A stretch of 64,000 nt of DNA from an uncultured virus (IMG/VR IMGVR_UViG_3300017970_000189) (IMGVR_UViG_3300017970_000189); one strand, 5' to 3'. Counted from the first letter of the stretch, positions 53,701 through 63,505 are shown. Notes: a model not told the origin generated them from the sequence alone. Program-made: numbers and translations.

Positions 53701-54570
53701 TTATTTCGCGGGGATCGGATTCATCTGCTTGCAGAGGCCGAACCAGTCGGCGACCGGAATCGGCTGCCCGGGAGCATAGTTGAGCGGCGGCTGAGGCAGA
53801 GCCGGCGGCGGCGGCGGTGGAACCGGGCTTCCACCCGCAGGAGGTGCCGGAGGCGGAATTGGTGGTGGAGGAGGAGGCGCCTGACCTACCACCGGAGGAG
53901 TCTGAGCCACATCGTAGATCGGCTTGTTCGGCGGCACCACCGGCGTCAGCGGCGCGCTTTCACTCCAAGGGAATTGCATCCCCGCAATCGGGAACGTCAC
54001 CTTTTTCGCCCCCGGATTCGAGATGATGCTTGGGGGCGTAGGCGGCGCCGGCTTGGCGCTTGCGCACCGAGGATCCGAGGCGGTCGAAATGGTCAGGCTC
54101 TTGAACGTCGAAAGACATGCATGCGAGACATTCGACATGATGATCGTGTTCGTCGCCGGATCGATGATCGAATAGCCGCCGGGTCCGGGACAGGCGAGGA
54201 CCGGCTTATAAACGGCATCCGGAGGGACTCCGCAAGGATTCTGGTTCTGGCCGACCGAAGGAGATCCCACCGCGGAACAGCGCCAATCTCCCGCCTGCGC
54301 GATCGTGAAATTTCCGAACTGCTTAAGACAGTCCGGGGAAACGCTGCTCATGACCGGAGCGCCGGAGATGGCATCGAGAACATTGTAATAGCCGTTCCCG
54401 ATCGCGCAGGCCACGACCGCACGGCCCCCAGGACCATAGCTTGCCGGAACCAGACAGCCCAAAGGAGCCGGATTGGAAGGTCCCTGTCCCAATCGGCTCG
54501 TCCGAATGGGTCCGGACCCAAGAAGAATGCGACCGCTCATGAGCGGCCGCGTTGGAAACTTTACCTGCAT
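53701..54570 (-). CDS. Cys/Pro-rich protein with duplicated Cys domain (RLGQ, SVGQ, VVGQ)
   Basis: two copies of V(V/L)AC..G.Y..D...MS.VS..CL..F...TI...D.RC. Confidence 0.7.
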   Translation of the reverse strand: MQVKFPTRPLMSGRILLGSGPIRTSRLGQGPSNPAPLGCLVPASYGPGGRAVVACAIGNGYYNVLDAISGAPVMSSVSPDCLKQFGNFTIAQAGDWRCSAVGSPSVGQNQNPCGVPPDAVYKPVLACPGPGGYSIIDPATNTIIMSNVSHACLSTFKSLTISTASDPRCASAKPAPPTPPSIISNPGAKKVTFPIAGMQFPWSESAPLTPVVPPNKPIYDVAQTPPVVGQAPPPPPPIPPPAPPAGGSPVPPPPPPALPQPPLNYAPGQPIPVADWFGLCKQMNPIPAK

Positions 54571-54574
54571 GTTT

Positions 54575-54958
54575 TTAGGTCCGGTTTGCCTCGGATCTGG
54601 CAGCCCCTACAAGGACCCCCAATCCTGCCACCGTAGCCAGAGTGAATAGACCGCTCAGCCCAGCCAGGATACCGACGGTCCAACCGGTGAATGAAAGAAA
54701 CCCTTTTTCCTTGATCCCCGTATGGATGCCCACCCAGGCGGCTCCTACGCTGACCGCTGCCACACCCAGCCCGATCGCCATGCCCGTTCCGGCTGCCTGT
54801 CCTACGGCTTGAGCGACTGATTTCGTAGACACTATCGGCGAAGTCGGAGGCCACGCCGGAGGAGGAGTCGGAGGGAAAGGAGCTCCTCCTTGGCCAAGAA
54901 ACCTTGGACCCAGAGGAACTCTCCTCAGCCTCAGTCCTGTCTCCGCATAAGAAAGCAT
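54575..54958 (-). CDS. membrane protein, WxGxxxG(L/I)KEKG hairpin family (FLGQ)
   Basis: start reassigned (SD aggag); AWVGIHTGIKEKG. Confidence 0.75.
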   Translation of the reverse strand: MLSYAETGLRLRRVPLGPRFLGQGGAPFPPTPPPAWPPTSPIVSTKSVAQAVGQAAGTGMAIGLGVAAVSVGAAWVGIHTGIKEKGFLSFTGWTVGILAGLSGLFTLATVAGLGVLVGAARSEANRT

Positions 54959-54966
54959 CGTCACTC

Positions 54967-55485
54967 CTACTGCTGGATCTCCGTCGTCTTCGGGGGTGCC
55001 ACGTTCTGGTTCTGAATCGCGGGCATCGTGACAAGAGGCGGAGAATTCACCGCATACATACCCACCCCGAAGAGCAGGATCGCCGTGGCCTGAGAGATGA
55101 TGGCCGGGATCCATTCATTGAAGACCATTCCGATGGCGGCCGACGCCGCGGTGCTCAGCCCCAAGCCGATCCAGAGACCTTCCTGCGCAGCACCCTTCGC
55201 CTGTGGCTGCGCGGCAAAGCTCCGGAGCGTAAAGTAGCTCGGATTGACCGCGCTGTGGATGCCCGCAATCGAAAGAGCCGACAGGATGGAGAGCCCCAGG
55301 ACGCTTTCTTTCATGGGATTGCCCAGGCTCGAACCGGCTGCCGGGCGCCAGGGAAACAGCTTGTTCCCCGAGCTCGGGCAACCGCTGCGCATGGAAGGGG
55401 ACCATGGAGGACGCCGATCCAGAGAACGGTTCCCGATGGACTCCCGGGTAAAACTTTCCAGGAGTGATGGCGCCTTTTTCTTCAT
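54967..55485 (-). CDS. three-TM membrane protein
   Basis: SD ggagg; hydrophobic segments after SLGN. Confidence 0.7.
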   Translation of the reverse strand: MKKKAPSLLESFTRESIGNRSLDRRPPWSPSMRSGCPSSGNKLFPWRPAAGSSLGNPMKESVLGLSILSALSIAGIHSAVNPSYFTLRSFAAQPQAKGAAQEGLWIGLGLSTAASAAIGMVFNEWIPAIISQATAILLFGVGMYAVNSPPLVTMPAIQNQNVAPPKTTEIQQ

Positions 55486-55499
55486 CCCAGGATCCTCCT

Positions 55500-56390
55500 T
55501 TAGGTCACGTTGAAGGTGATGTTGGTAACCAGTTGCTGAGCTTCATTCGGCGTCCGCTTCTTATAGACGGCCATGCTGACGCCCATGGAGCTCGTTCCAA
55601 ACCCGGAACTCTGGTAAGGAAGCTCGAACGTCTGATTTTTCTCCTCGTTCGGCCCGAGCGTCACCTGGAACGACTGCGACCCATGATTCGGTCCGCGATT
55701 GACGCCGGCAAACGTCGGGAATTCGTCCCATTCGAATTGCAGGTTGAACGTCACGGTCTCGCTCGAGGGATTGAAGAGACTCATGACGATGGGGATCCTA
55801 TCGCTCGAGAAGAGGCCTCCAAGGTGAGCGATCGTCTGATCCGGTTGAGGCGTCACGACCTGGATCTGGAGCGTGTTGAACGCTGAAGTCGTCGGAGGCT
55901 GGAACGCCTGCGGAGAAGCGGTTGTCGGCGTCGCTCCGGAAGGAGGTGGCGTCGGACCCGCGGGAGCCGCCGGTGCCGCGGTGCCTCCTTTGATGAGGGT
56001 ATAGACCCCCCATCCCAAAAGCCCCAAGCCGATCACCGTCGTGACCGGTCGGAAGCTCTCAGGGATGACGCTTCCGACCAGGAATGAAGCCGCCCCTCCG
56101 GCCATTAATCCGACCGGGAACATGTATTTTTCCAGACCCGTCGAGATCGTGAGATCGACCTTCGGATTGACCGTAACCAGGCTGTTTTGGCCAAGGCCGT
56201 TCTTCCGATGAGCCGAGAACACAGGAAGCTGAGGAACCCGGGGATAGTTCACCGACGGCATGAACACCGAGCTTGCAAAACTCGGACGATAGCCGGAAAG
56301 GGAGACTAAGGTCGGACGGGGAGCGGCCATCAAACCTTGAATCGGGCTCGAGGGAGCCCTTTTGATGATGATCGGCTCTCTGACTGGCAT
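55500..56390 (-). CDS. membrane protein with C-terminal Ig-like beta domain (GLGQ)
   Basis: two TMs, PT linker, NPSSETVTF..VTLGPNEEK. Confidence 0.72.
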   Translation of the reverse strand: MPVREPIIIKRAPSSPIQGLMAAPRPTLVSLSGYRPSFASSVFMPSVNYPRVPQLPVFSAHRKNGLGQNSLVTVNPKVDLTISTGLEKYMFPVGLMAGGAASFLVGSVIPESFRPVTTVIGLGLLGWGVYTLIKGGTAAPAAPAGPTPPPSGATPTTASPQAFQPPTTSAFNTLQIQVVTPQPDQTIAHLGGLFSSDRIPIVMSLFNPSSETVTFNLQFEWDEFPTFAGVNRGPNHGSQSFQVTLGPNEEKNQTFELPYQSSGFGTSSMGVSMAVYKKRTPNEAQQLVTNITFNVT

Positions 56391-56500
56391 GCGCCTCCCC
56401 TATCGGGCAAAATCAAAAATTCCGTCTCGGCACAGCCGCAAACGGAACGGGGGAGGTGTCAAGATAATACCATGACACCCCTCTCGAATTCCACTATTTC

Positions 56501-56803
56501 CTACGACCGCCATTCCCGCCGTCCTCTCTCTAGCAACCCCTCCACAGGCCTCAGGAAGTTCTCCACCCGGATGCGCGATGTCGTTCCGGCCGAGCTCAGC
56601 CTGGGCAGGATCGGCGGCTGAGGGACCACCACATTAACCTGAGCCTCCGGCTGAATTTTTCTTTTCAAGCTGGTCAAGGGACTTGTGGTCGGAGGCTTGA
56701 CGGCCAGCTCGTCATAGCCGCAGCAGCCGAGCTGGTTCTTCGAGAACCCCATCGAAAACATCGAATGATCGCCCATTCTCAGAACTCCTACTTGCACGGA
56801 CAA
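56501..56803 (-). CDS. hypothetical protein
   Basis: fills the gap; QLGCCG; start uncertain. Confidence 0.5.
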   Translation of the reverse strand: MSVQVGVLRMGDHSMFSMGFSKNQLGCCGYDELAVKPPTTSPLTSLKRKIQPEAQVNVVVPQPPILPRLSSAGTTSRIRVENFLRPVEGLLERGRREWRS

Positions 56804-57105
56804 CAGGTCTTCGAGGGCTTCTTTTTCTTCGGATGATAAAGCTGCAAACGATCCAATCCGTAAATACTGATCACGCCTCCAACCTCAAGCGCAACGGTGA
56901 TCGCTCCGGCAACGAGGATAAGGCCGAGCAGGGAAATGCTGCTCTTGTTTTCCTGCAAAGCCGCCTGAGCTTCCGGAGAAGGATGGACATCCACTGTCAG
57001 AGGTCTTGGGGCTTGAGCCTGGCCTAGAACTGGAGGTTGGATGGATACAAAGGGAGAATATCCAAGCATCGGCGGGGTGTACAGAAAACCATGCCGGGTA
57101 ATCAT
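56788..57105 (-). CDS. small TM protein (VLGQ), paralog of 57977..58288
   Basis: MITRHGFLYTPPMLG..SLLG..LEVGGVI. Confidence 0.75.
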   Translation of the reverse strand: MITRHGFLYTPPMLGYSPFVSIQPPVLGQAQAPRPLTVDVHPSPEAQAALQENKSSISLLGLILVAGAITVALEVGGVISIYGLDRLQLYHPKKKKPSKTCCPCK

Positions 57106-57993
57106 CTATCCCTTCCACAATTCTCCATTTTTGAGGTACTCCCAATCCCGGTTCTCCAGCACCTCGATGATGTATTCGTCGGTTTTCTGATACTCGATTT
57201 CCCCGTAACCCGTTTTCTCCATTTCCCTGGAAATATCCTGAATCCGTTCCTCCAGATATTCCTTGAACTCGCCCACCTCAGCTTCCACCTTCTTATACTC
57301 ACGTTCCTGCTGCACTTCAGCTTCCTTATACCAATCGGGAACGATGATCTCTGGCTTTGGGGGTTCCGGGAAATTCAAAGGTGCCGGCTTTGGACCCGGC
57401 TCCCTGGGACTCCATTCCCTAGGATCGTCCGATGGTTTCGAATGCCGCTCGACTTGTTTCGTCCACTCCCGTATTGGAGCCATGTTCATATCTCGAACTC
57501 GATCCCGAGCACGCATCCATTCCAGATCGATTTTATCCCTCTCACCCTGCCACTCACGCATCTTGCTCAGAAGGTCTTCGGGTACAAGATCCTCTTCCTT
57601 CAAATAAAGCTCGACCTCCGTATCCATCGAGTTCCAGTGGCAATCCCGGCCTCGATGAACAATCTTTGCCCCAATCAAACCATCCTGGGCCAGCTTAAGA
57701 ACCCTTTCGAATCTTTTTTCCGCCTTCTCGGCTTTGATGAAGCTTTCGATGTTCACAGATCCCGAAAAACAAACCCCGTCTCCTTGGGTATAATTCAGGC
57801 CCCATCCGACCTTCATATCCCCAAGCCCGTAATGATCCGCCAAGTCTTGTTCGAACATTTCAGTCAACCACTGAGAATCCGATTCGTCCCAAGTCAAATC
57901 TGGATCATCCCTGAAGTCCTGGATTGCCCGCTCCTTCGCTTTCGGAGAGAGTTCCTTGAACGTATAGAGAGTAAATTCATGCTTTCTGGGCAT
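57106..57993 (-). CDS. conserved phage-type acidic protein
   Basis: YTFKELSPKAKERA..QGDG..EY..DEYIIE. Confidence 0.7.
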   Translation of the reverse strand: MPRKHEFTLYTFKELSPKAKERAIQDFRDDPDLTWDESDSQWLTEMFEQDLADHYGLGDMKVGWGLNYTQGDGVCFSGSVNIESFIKAEKAEKRFERVLKLAQDGLIGAKIVHRGRDCHWNSMDTEVELYLKEEDLVPEDLLSKMREWQGERDKIDLEWMRARDRVRDMNMAPIREWTKQVERHSKPSDDPREWSPREPGPKPAPLNFPEPPKPEIIVPDWYKEAEVQQEREYKKVEAEVGEFKEYLEERIQDISREMEKTGYGEIEYQKTDEYIIEVLENRDWEYLKNGELWKG

Positions 57994-58288
57994 GTTTACT
58001 GGAGAGCTTCTCTTGAAGCTTGTTCAAGCCGAAAATATTGATCACTCCTCCCACCTCGAGCCCCACCAGAACCGCCCCTCCCACGATCAAAATCCCAAGC
58101 AAGGACACGCCATCGCTTGAGGGAGCGGCAGGAGCAGGTGCCGCGACCGCCGGTGCTGGAGCCTGTACTACGATCGTCTGCGGAGCGGTAGCCGGAGGAG
58201 CCTGACCAAGCGCCGTCTCTCCACGAGCCTCAAATACCGCATGCCCGAGCATCGGAGGCGCGTACAGGAAACCCGCTCTATTAATCAT
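57977..58288 (-). CDS. small TM protein (ALGQ), paralog of 56788..57105
   Basis: MINRAGFLYAPPMLG..SLLG..LEVGGVI. Confidence 0.75.
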   Translation of the reverse strand: MINRAGFLYAPPMLGHAVFEARGETALGQAPPATAPQTIVVQAPAPAVAAPAPAAPSSDGVSLLGILIVGGAVLVGLEVGGVINIFGLNKLQEKLSSKHAQKA

Positions 58289-58298
58289 TGCTATTCCT

Positions 58299-58703
58299 TT
58301 AGTGAGTCGCTGGAGCAGCCGGAGTCGTTCCCGCTGCGGGAGTCCCCGTTGCCGCGGCCACTCCAGCCGCGATTCCCGCCGCCACCGGATTCGGCGGCGG
58401 CGCGGGAGGCGCCACCGGCTTCGGCGGCGGTGGCGGCGCCGTCGGAGCCGAAGTGAAGACGTGAGTCACCCCGGTCAGCTCAAGCACCGCAAAGGCAACC
58501 GCACCAAGCCCAAGGATAACAGCGATCGTACTCCCCGGGTTCTTCTGTGCCGCCACGATGACCGATGGCGTCGATGAAGAAGCCGGCGCCGATGGGGGAT
58601 TCACCACCACGGTCGTCGGCGCGGCCGCTACCGCCCGCCGCGCGGCTCCCACCCGAAGCGAGGCTGGCCGCCAGCGATACTCAGGCTTCTTCTTCTTCGC
58701 CAT
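58299..58703 (-). CDS. Pro/Ala-rich TM protein with basic N-terminus
   Basis: SD aaggag; central TM. Confidence 0.7.
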   Translation of the reverse strand: MAKKKKPEYRWRPASLRVGAARRAVAAAPTTVVVNPPSAPASSSTPSVIVAAQKNPGSTIAVILGLGAVAFAVLELTGVTHVFTSAPTAPPPPPKPVAPPAPPPNPVAAGIAAGVAAATGTPAAGTTPAAPATH

Positions 58704-58715
58704 GGAGATCTCCTT

Positions 58716-59180
58716 TTACCACCAGCCGCCCCAACCAGGTTCGCCCCACGCCACCGGCCCACGCCAGTTGACGTTCACCACCGGAAAGGTATTCGGCTGA
58801 GGCGTGCAGACCATCTTTGTGTCTTCCTTGGGAGGCTTCTCTTCCCATTCGCAGGCATACTGGGGATTCGGCGCCGGCGGATACATGTAAGGATAGTAGA
58901 AGGGCCACCAGTCCCCTCCTCCATTCCCGAACAAAAAGGTCGTGCCAAACCTTCTGCCACCGCCACCTGGATGTCCACCTACCGGACCAAGGCCTCCCCC
59001 CCAACCAGGACCAGACCAGCCGCCATGGCCACCGCCGCCGCCATGACCGCCACCTCCTCCACCACCTCCTCCACCACCGCCTCCTCCGCGGCCGATCTCA
59101 TTTGCCGCATTCCTTCCGGCAATGGCAGTCGCCAGCGCACCTGCCGCCGCTGCCATGCCGAGCCAAAGTCCGCTCGCCAT
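58716..59180 (-). CDS. Gly-rich protein with CxWE..VCxPQ minidomain
   Basis: poly-G tract; YACEWEE..MVCTPQ. Confidence 0.7.
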   Translation of the reverse strand: MASGLWLGMAAAAGALATAIAGRNAANEIGRGGGGGGGGGGGGGGHGGGGGHGGWSGPGWGGGLGPVGGHPGGGGRRFGTTFLFGNGGGDWWPFYYPYMYPPAPNPQYACEWEEKPPKEDTKMVCTPQPNTFPVVNVNWRGPVAWGEPGWGGWW

Positions 59181-59205
59181 GAAAAACCTCCTATCCTAGA
59201 ATCGC

Positions 59206-59445
59206 TTAAAAGAGCCTCCGCGCAGGAATGATCAACGGTCCGTAGCCGGCCACAGGCGTCGCTGCAACGACTCCAGGAGCCTGGGGCCGGCATACGTACA
59301 CGTCATTCCCACTCGCATCCTTTTCCCAAGCGCACGCCGTTCCCGGAGGGCCCGCTACCCCAGGGGCTTCCACGAGCGGAGTCCCCCAGGGGCTTCCGAC
59401 AGGAACGATCGGCACCTGCCCCAGGAAATGCGGTCTCTTCCACAT
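59206..59445 (-). CDS. small protein (FLGQ) with CxWE..VCxPQ minidomain
   Basis: ACAWEK..YVCRPQ. Confidence 0.65.
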   Translation of the reverse strand: MWKRPHFLGQVPIVPVGSPWGTPLVEAPGVAGPPGTACAWEKDASGNDVYVCRPQAPGVVAATPVAGYGPLIIPARRLF

Positions 59446-59454
59446 AACCCCTCA

Positions 59455-59826
59455 CTAGGCAAAGCGGAACGGGTTGATCTTCTGCGCGAGCGACGGAGAA
59501 GCGATCCCCGTCAGGGTCGCCAGCCCCAGAATACCGCCACCCACTCCGGCCACCCATCCGGCTACAGAATTGATCCCCTTCTGCTTGAGGCCGGCCTGGA
59601 TGCCCGTGTAGACCACCGCAGCCGAAAACCCGACCGTGAGGACGGTCTCAGCTACCCGGACGCCCACCGACGGAGCCGCAGGCTTTCCGGGAGCCGCTGG
59701 AGCACCCGCCGGAGCTGCTGCTGGAGCAGGCGGGGCTGCGGGACCCGCAGGAGCGGCCCCCGCCGGAGCCTGCCCAACCCAATAATCCCGGAACCTCGGC
59801 TGGTACTGCTGCTGGTAGGGGTACAT
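59455..59826 (-). CDS. membrane protein, hairpin family (WVGQ)
   Basis: YTGIQAGLKQKG..SVAGW. Confidence 0.75.
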   Translation of the reverse strand: MYPYQQQYQPRFRDYWVGQAPAGAAPAGPAAPPAPAAAPAGAPAAPGKPAAPSVGVRVAETVLTVGFSAAVVYTGIQAGLKQKGINSVAGWVAGVGGGILGLATLTGIASPSLAQKINPFRFA

Positions 59827-59850
59827 GCGCCATTCCTTAAAAAGAGATCC

Positions 59851-60405
59851 TCACTTCAAAGCAAAAAAGGCAATAGCACCTGCTACCGCCAATCCACCCA
59901 CAATATAAAGGACATCCGACCCTCCCGACGGAGGGGGAGGAGGAGCCATCATGGGAATTCCTCCCTTGGAAGCCGCAGCCGCCTTCTGCGCTGCGCTCTG
60001 AGCGGTAATTTTTTGGACCTCCGCCTTTGAGTAGGCACCGTAGCCGGCGCCTGCTCCAGTAATGGCCGACGTCGCAATTTTCGTCAGATCCGGACTCCCC
60101 CCCGCACCTCCACCCGCGCCCGCTCCTCCTCCACCGCCTCCTCCACCTCCCCCAGCCGGAGCTTGAGGCGCATAGGTAGGCGCAGGAGTCGGCGCCGCTA
60201 CCGGAGCAGGAGAAACTGGCGCTGGCGCAGCCACCGGTGCAGGCGCAGCGGGCAATGAAGGAAGAGACGTGATCGGAGCTCCACCTTCCCCCCAAGGACT
60301 CGTGCCTCCCGCCTCCTGATCCAGTGAGGTGATCATTCCGCCATCATCCTGTCCCATCATGGGACCGAACGAATTGCGGAAGCTCATTTCGAAGAGAGAT
60401 CTCAT
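59851..60405 (-). CDS. Pro/Gly-rich TM-anchored protein (MMGQ)
   Basis: MRSLFEMSF leader; C-terminal TM. Confidence 0.72.
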   Translation of the reverse strand: MRSLFEMSFRNSFGPMMGQDDGGMITSLDQEAGGTSPWGEGGAPITSLPSLPAAPAPVAAPAPVSPAPVAAPTPAPTYAPQAPAGGGGGGGGGGAGAGGGAGGSPDLTKIATSAITGAGAGYGAYSKAEVQKITAQSAAQKAAAASKGGIPMMAPPPPPSGGSDVLYIVGGLAVAGAIAFFALK

Positions 60406-60812
60406 TTTCTCCCCATCACAGCCTGAAGAGGGTTTTCCGTCGAAGTCATTACCACCGCGACTATCCCGGCAGCCAGAGCGAGCCCAACCCCGGCAATAAT
60501 CACCGTATTTTTATCCATTCCGAGAATCTTCCCACTCGGTGGAGGAGCAGCCGGTGCTGCTGCTTGCTGGGTTGCGGCTGCAGTTGCCGCCTGTTGCTGA
60601 GCTTGAGATTGAGCCTGGGCCTCAGCCGCCTGCTTATTGGCGATATCCTCCTGCGTCTTCTTCTGCATTTCCGCGATGGTCTGGTTCATGTGGGCGCCGT
60701 AGACGGCCGCTCCTGCCTGCATGCTCGCGCTGATCAGACTCGGAAGGAAATCAAGCTGCCCAAGTCTGATGGACTTGGGATCCTTGAATCCCATCTCGTA
60801 GAGCGAGCGCAT
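60402..60812 (-). CDS. Gln/Ala-rich TM-anchored protein (RLGQ; C-terminal VMGRK)
   Basis: MRSLYEMGF leader. Confidence 0.72.
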   Translation of the reverse strand: MRSLYEMGFKDPKSIRLGQLDFLPSLISASMQAGAAVYGAHMNQTIAEMQKKTQEDIANKQAAEAQAQSQAQQQAATAAATQQAAAPAAPPPSGKILGMDKNTVIIAGVGLALAAGIVAVVMTSTENPLQAVMGRK

Positions 60813-60815
60813 TCC

Positions 60816-61142
60816 CTAGACCTCGACTGTCCGGCTGATCATTCCCACCGTCCCCAGAAGATTGACCACCGTGAATAACCCGCCTCCCGCAGCAACTGCC
60901 CATCCCAGGATGGAGAAGATCCCCTTCTCCCTAAGACCTGCCCTCACTCCCACCCATGTGGAAAGCGCGCCGAATGCGGTTTCCGCGCTTCCAAGGGCAA
61001 TCGCCATCGTCCGCTGATTGGACGTGAGCGGTGCGGGACCCCTTGCCGGCACAGGAGGTACAGCGGGAACCGGACCTCCCGCCGGAGCCTGGGCAAGCCC
61101 AGCATAGGCTGGCCGATACATCTGCTGGTACTGGATCACCAT
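60816..61142 (-). CDS. membrane protein, hairpin family (GLAQ)
   Basis: TWVGVRAGLREKG..SILGW. Confidence 0.75.
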   Translation of the reverse strand: MVIQYQQMYRPAYAGLAQAPAGGPVPAVPPVPARGPAPLTSNQRTMAIALGSAETAFGALSTWVGVRAGLREKGIFSILGWAVAAGGGLFTVVNLLGTVGMISRTVEV

Positions 61143-61200
61143 CTACCTCCTTTTTTTCAGACTTCGACCTCAAGCCCGAAGTCCGACAACCGACCGCCGC

Positions 61201-61614
61201 TTAAGTCGCGACCGGAACTGCCGGTTGCTGGACCGCCGGACCCACGGGCACCTGGGGAACCGGTAGACCCTTCGCGATATAAATCGCGAGCTCCGCCAGG
61301 CTCACGATGCCGGATACCGCGCTCACCGCGGAAACCGTGTAGCCCAGCACCGAAAGAAGGCCCTTCGCCTTCTGGCCCGTGTAGAAGCCTACCCAGCCTC
61401 CTGCCGCGCCAAGCGCGGTCTCGATCACGAGACCTCCGGTGAGTGCCGTCCGGATAAGCGCGGGCGTCAGCTTGCTGGGTGCCGCCGGTACCGGTGCCGC
61501 TGCTCCCGATGGAGGTGCCGCAGGCGTCGGCGCCGGAGGCGTCGCCTGCGACAACCGAACCGGCGAGAGCCGGCGCGTATACGCCGGAGCATACTCCGTC
61601 TGGTAACCGATCAT
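61201..61614 (-). CDS. membrane protein, hairpin family (RLSQ)
   Basis: start reassigned to MIGYQ; GWVGFYTGQKAKG. Confidence 0.75.
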   Translation of the reverse strand: MIGYQTEYAPAYTRRLSPVRLSQATPPAPTPAAPPSGAAAPVPAAPSKLTPALIRTALTGGLVIETALGAAGGWVGFYTGQKAKGLLSVLGYTVSAVSAVSGIVSLAELAIYIAKGLPVPQVPVGPAVQQPAVPVAT

Positions 61615-61636
61615 GAGATCCCTCCGTTTCCTTCCG

Positions 61637-62218
61637 TTACTTCTTGAAGACACCCAGCGCCGCCATTGCCGCCAGACCGCCTCCCACCACGACGGCGGGA
61701 ATGATGTAGTTCGTGGCTTCGCCTCCCGGCGCCTGCACGACCTTCGTGATCACCTGAGGCTCCGGCAGGATCCCGTAGGTGGCCTCCGCCTGGGCCACGT
61801 CGGTCCCGAAGTCCTTGTTGAAGGACTTCAGCCGGTTCACCCGGTTGATCCCCTCGCGCACTCCGAACTCGTCGTAGTTCGTCGGCGTGTAGCTGTTGGC
61901 GTGGGCGATCATGGTCGCGACGCCGTTCCGGGTGTACTGCGCCTTGTCCTGGTTGGTCGGATCCGTCAGACCGTAGGTATCCGCGATCTTCTCGCGGGCG
62001 GTCTGGTTGGCGATCCGCTTCGTCCGCTCGACGAGCTGGTCGAAGAGCGCGACGGCCGCTCTCGCATCCGCATACTCCTGCTGGGCCTGTCCCAGATAGG
62101 GATGCGGGATGGGCCCGGCAAGACCGGCGTTGAAGTTGTCGCCGATGTTGCCCGAAAAGAGCGATCCACGGGAGCCCCCGCCCGAACTGCCGATCATCAC
62201 CATGCCGAGGTTGTACAT
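61637..62218 (-). CDS. TM-anchored helical protein (YLGQ)
   Basis: SD aggag; C-terminal TM then KK. Confidence 0.75.
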   Translation of the reverse strand: MYNLGMVMIGSSGGGSRGSLFSGNIGDNFNAGLAGPIPHPYLGQAQQEYADARAAVALFDQLVERTKRIANQTAREKIADTYGLTDPTNQDKAQYTRNGVATMIAHANSYTPTNYDEFGVREGINRVNRLKSFNKDFGTDVAQAEATYGILPEPQVITKVVQAPGGEATNYIIPAVVVGGGLAAMAALGVFKK

Positions 62219-62236
62219 CTGCCTTTCTCCTAAAAA

Positions 62237-62590
62237 CTATAAAACAAACAGTTTGCACGCGCCGTAAAGTCCGACCGATCCCGCTAACGTCGCAAGGACC
62301 GTATAGTTTTCCCCCCTTAGCAACCACCAAATCCCAGCAAGAGCCACTCCCGTCACGAGCGCCGCTTCCGGGCGACTCGCCAGCACCGGATTCCCAGGCA
62401 TGATGCAGCGCGGGCTGATCACCATGTAGACCGTGCTGGACAACAAGCCTCCCACCAGGAAATCCGTCACGATGCCGATTGAATCCATCGTCCTCTTGGA
62501 GGGATGGAGCGAGGCGATCGCCGGCCTCCGGGTACGCGATAGACCAAGCTCATACCTGGCCGGAGCCCATTTCACAACCTTCGTCGCCAT
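62237..62590 (-). CDS. multi-TM hypothetical protein
   Basis: three hydrophobic segments. Confidence 0.6.
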   Translation of the reverse strand: MATKVVKWAPARYELGLSRTRRPAIASLHPSKRTMDSIGIVTDFLVGGLLSSTVYMVISPRCIMPGNPVLASRPEAALVTGVALAGIWWLLRGENYTVLATLAGSVGLYGACKLFVL

Positions 62591-62593
62591 CCC

Positions 62594-63505
62594 TTACCTC
62601 AGGAAAACCAGATAGATCGCCGCTCCAACCGAAGCAGCAATCCCCAAAACCGGAACCAGAGAAAGCCCTGTGTCCAAAGGCTTTGCGCTCTCTTTGGAAG
62701 GAAGCACAATCCCTTGTCCTATTCTATCCGGCACTTTTTCACCAGGCCCGACGTTCACACGATTCCTTGCCAAGCTTCCCCTTCCAACCAGAGGAACCCT
62801 CCCCAACCAGACCCTGCCCATGCCGATTCCCATATCCCCAGGAAGCGTCATCGGGCCCATGCCTCCTCCGCCTCCTGCTCCAGTGGCGACTGAAATCAAG
62901 CCGCCACCACCGCGGGTTGCAACCGATGGTTTGCCACTACCACCACCTGTAGCTACTGGAGGCGGTGGAGGTGGTGGAGGCGGTTTAGATGTACCGGTAG
63001 GTACATTTGGAAGGCATCCAGATGGAGTTTTAGTTGTTCCTTCGGGACACGTAGAGACGCTTATCGCAGAAGTAAGAGGTGGAGCTACAGGCGGAGGATT
63101 CCAAATCGGTGGACGGTCTGGCAACGTTGGAACATTCGGCCTGCATCCTGCAGGAGTCATCGTCATTCCTTCTCCACATCCCCCCGGAGGTGTAGGTACC
63201 GGCGGTGGGGGTGGAGGAGGAGGATTTTCTGGAGGATGTGTCAGATATCCAGTTGCTACACTTAATGGCGGAGGATTCATACCAGGCGTTAGAGGCCTTG
63301 GAGGACGAGACGGAGGGCGCTGCTCTGGAGCTGGCCCTTGAGTAACGAATGCCGGAGGTCCAGGAGGAGGACCAAATTCCCTAGGTGTAGGTTCAGGTGG
63401 TGGAGGCTGGTTCAGCTTCGCCTTGAACGCACTGATCTCGTTCTGGTAATCCTCCAGCATACCACTCATTTGGACAGGACGAAGATTGAGCACAGGATAT
63501 CTCAC
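62594..63505 (-). CDS. Pro-rich TM-anchored protein with two CxxGxTxTPxGCxPNVPT repeats
   Basis: GTG start overlapping the upstream stop (MRYPVLNL); SVATG repeats; C-terminal TM. Confidence 0.72.
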   Translation of the reverse strand: MRYPVLNLRPVQMSGMLEDYQNEISAFKAKLNQPPPPEPTPREFGPPPGPPAFVTQGPAPEQRPPSRPPRPLTPGMNPPPLSVATGYLTHPPENPPPPPPPPVPTPPGGCGEGMTMTPAGCRPNVPTLPDRPPIWNPPPVAPPLTSAISVSTCPEGTTKTPSGCLPNVPTGTSKPPPPPPPPPVATGGGSGKPSVATRGGGGLISVATGAGGGGGMGPMTLPGDMGIGMGRVWLGRVPLVGRGSLARNRVNVGPGEKVPDRIGQGIVLPSKESAKPLDTGLSLVPVLGIAASVGAAIYLVFLR

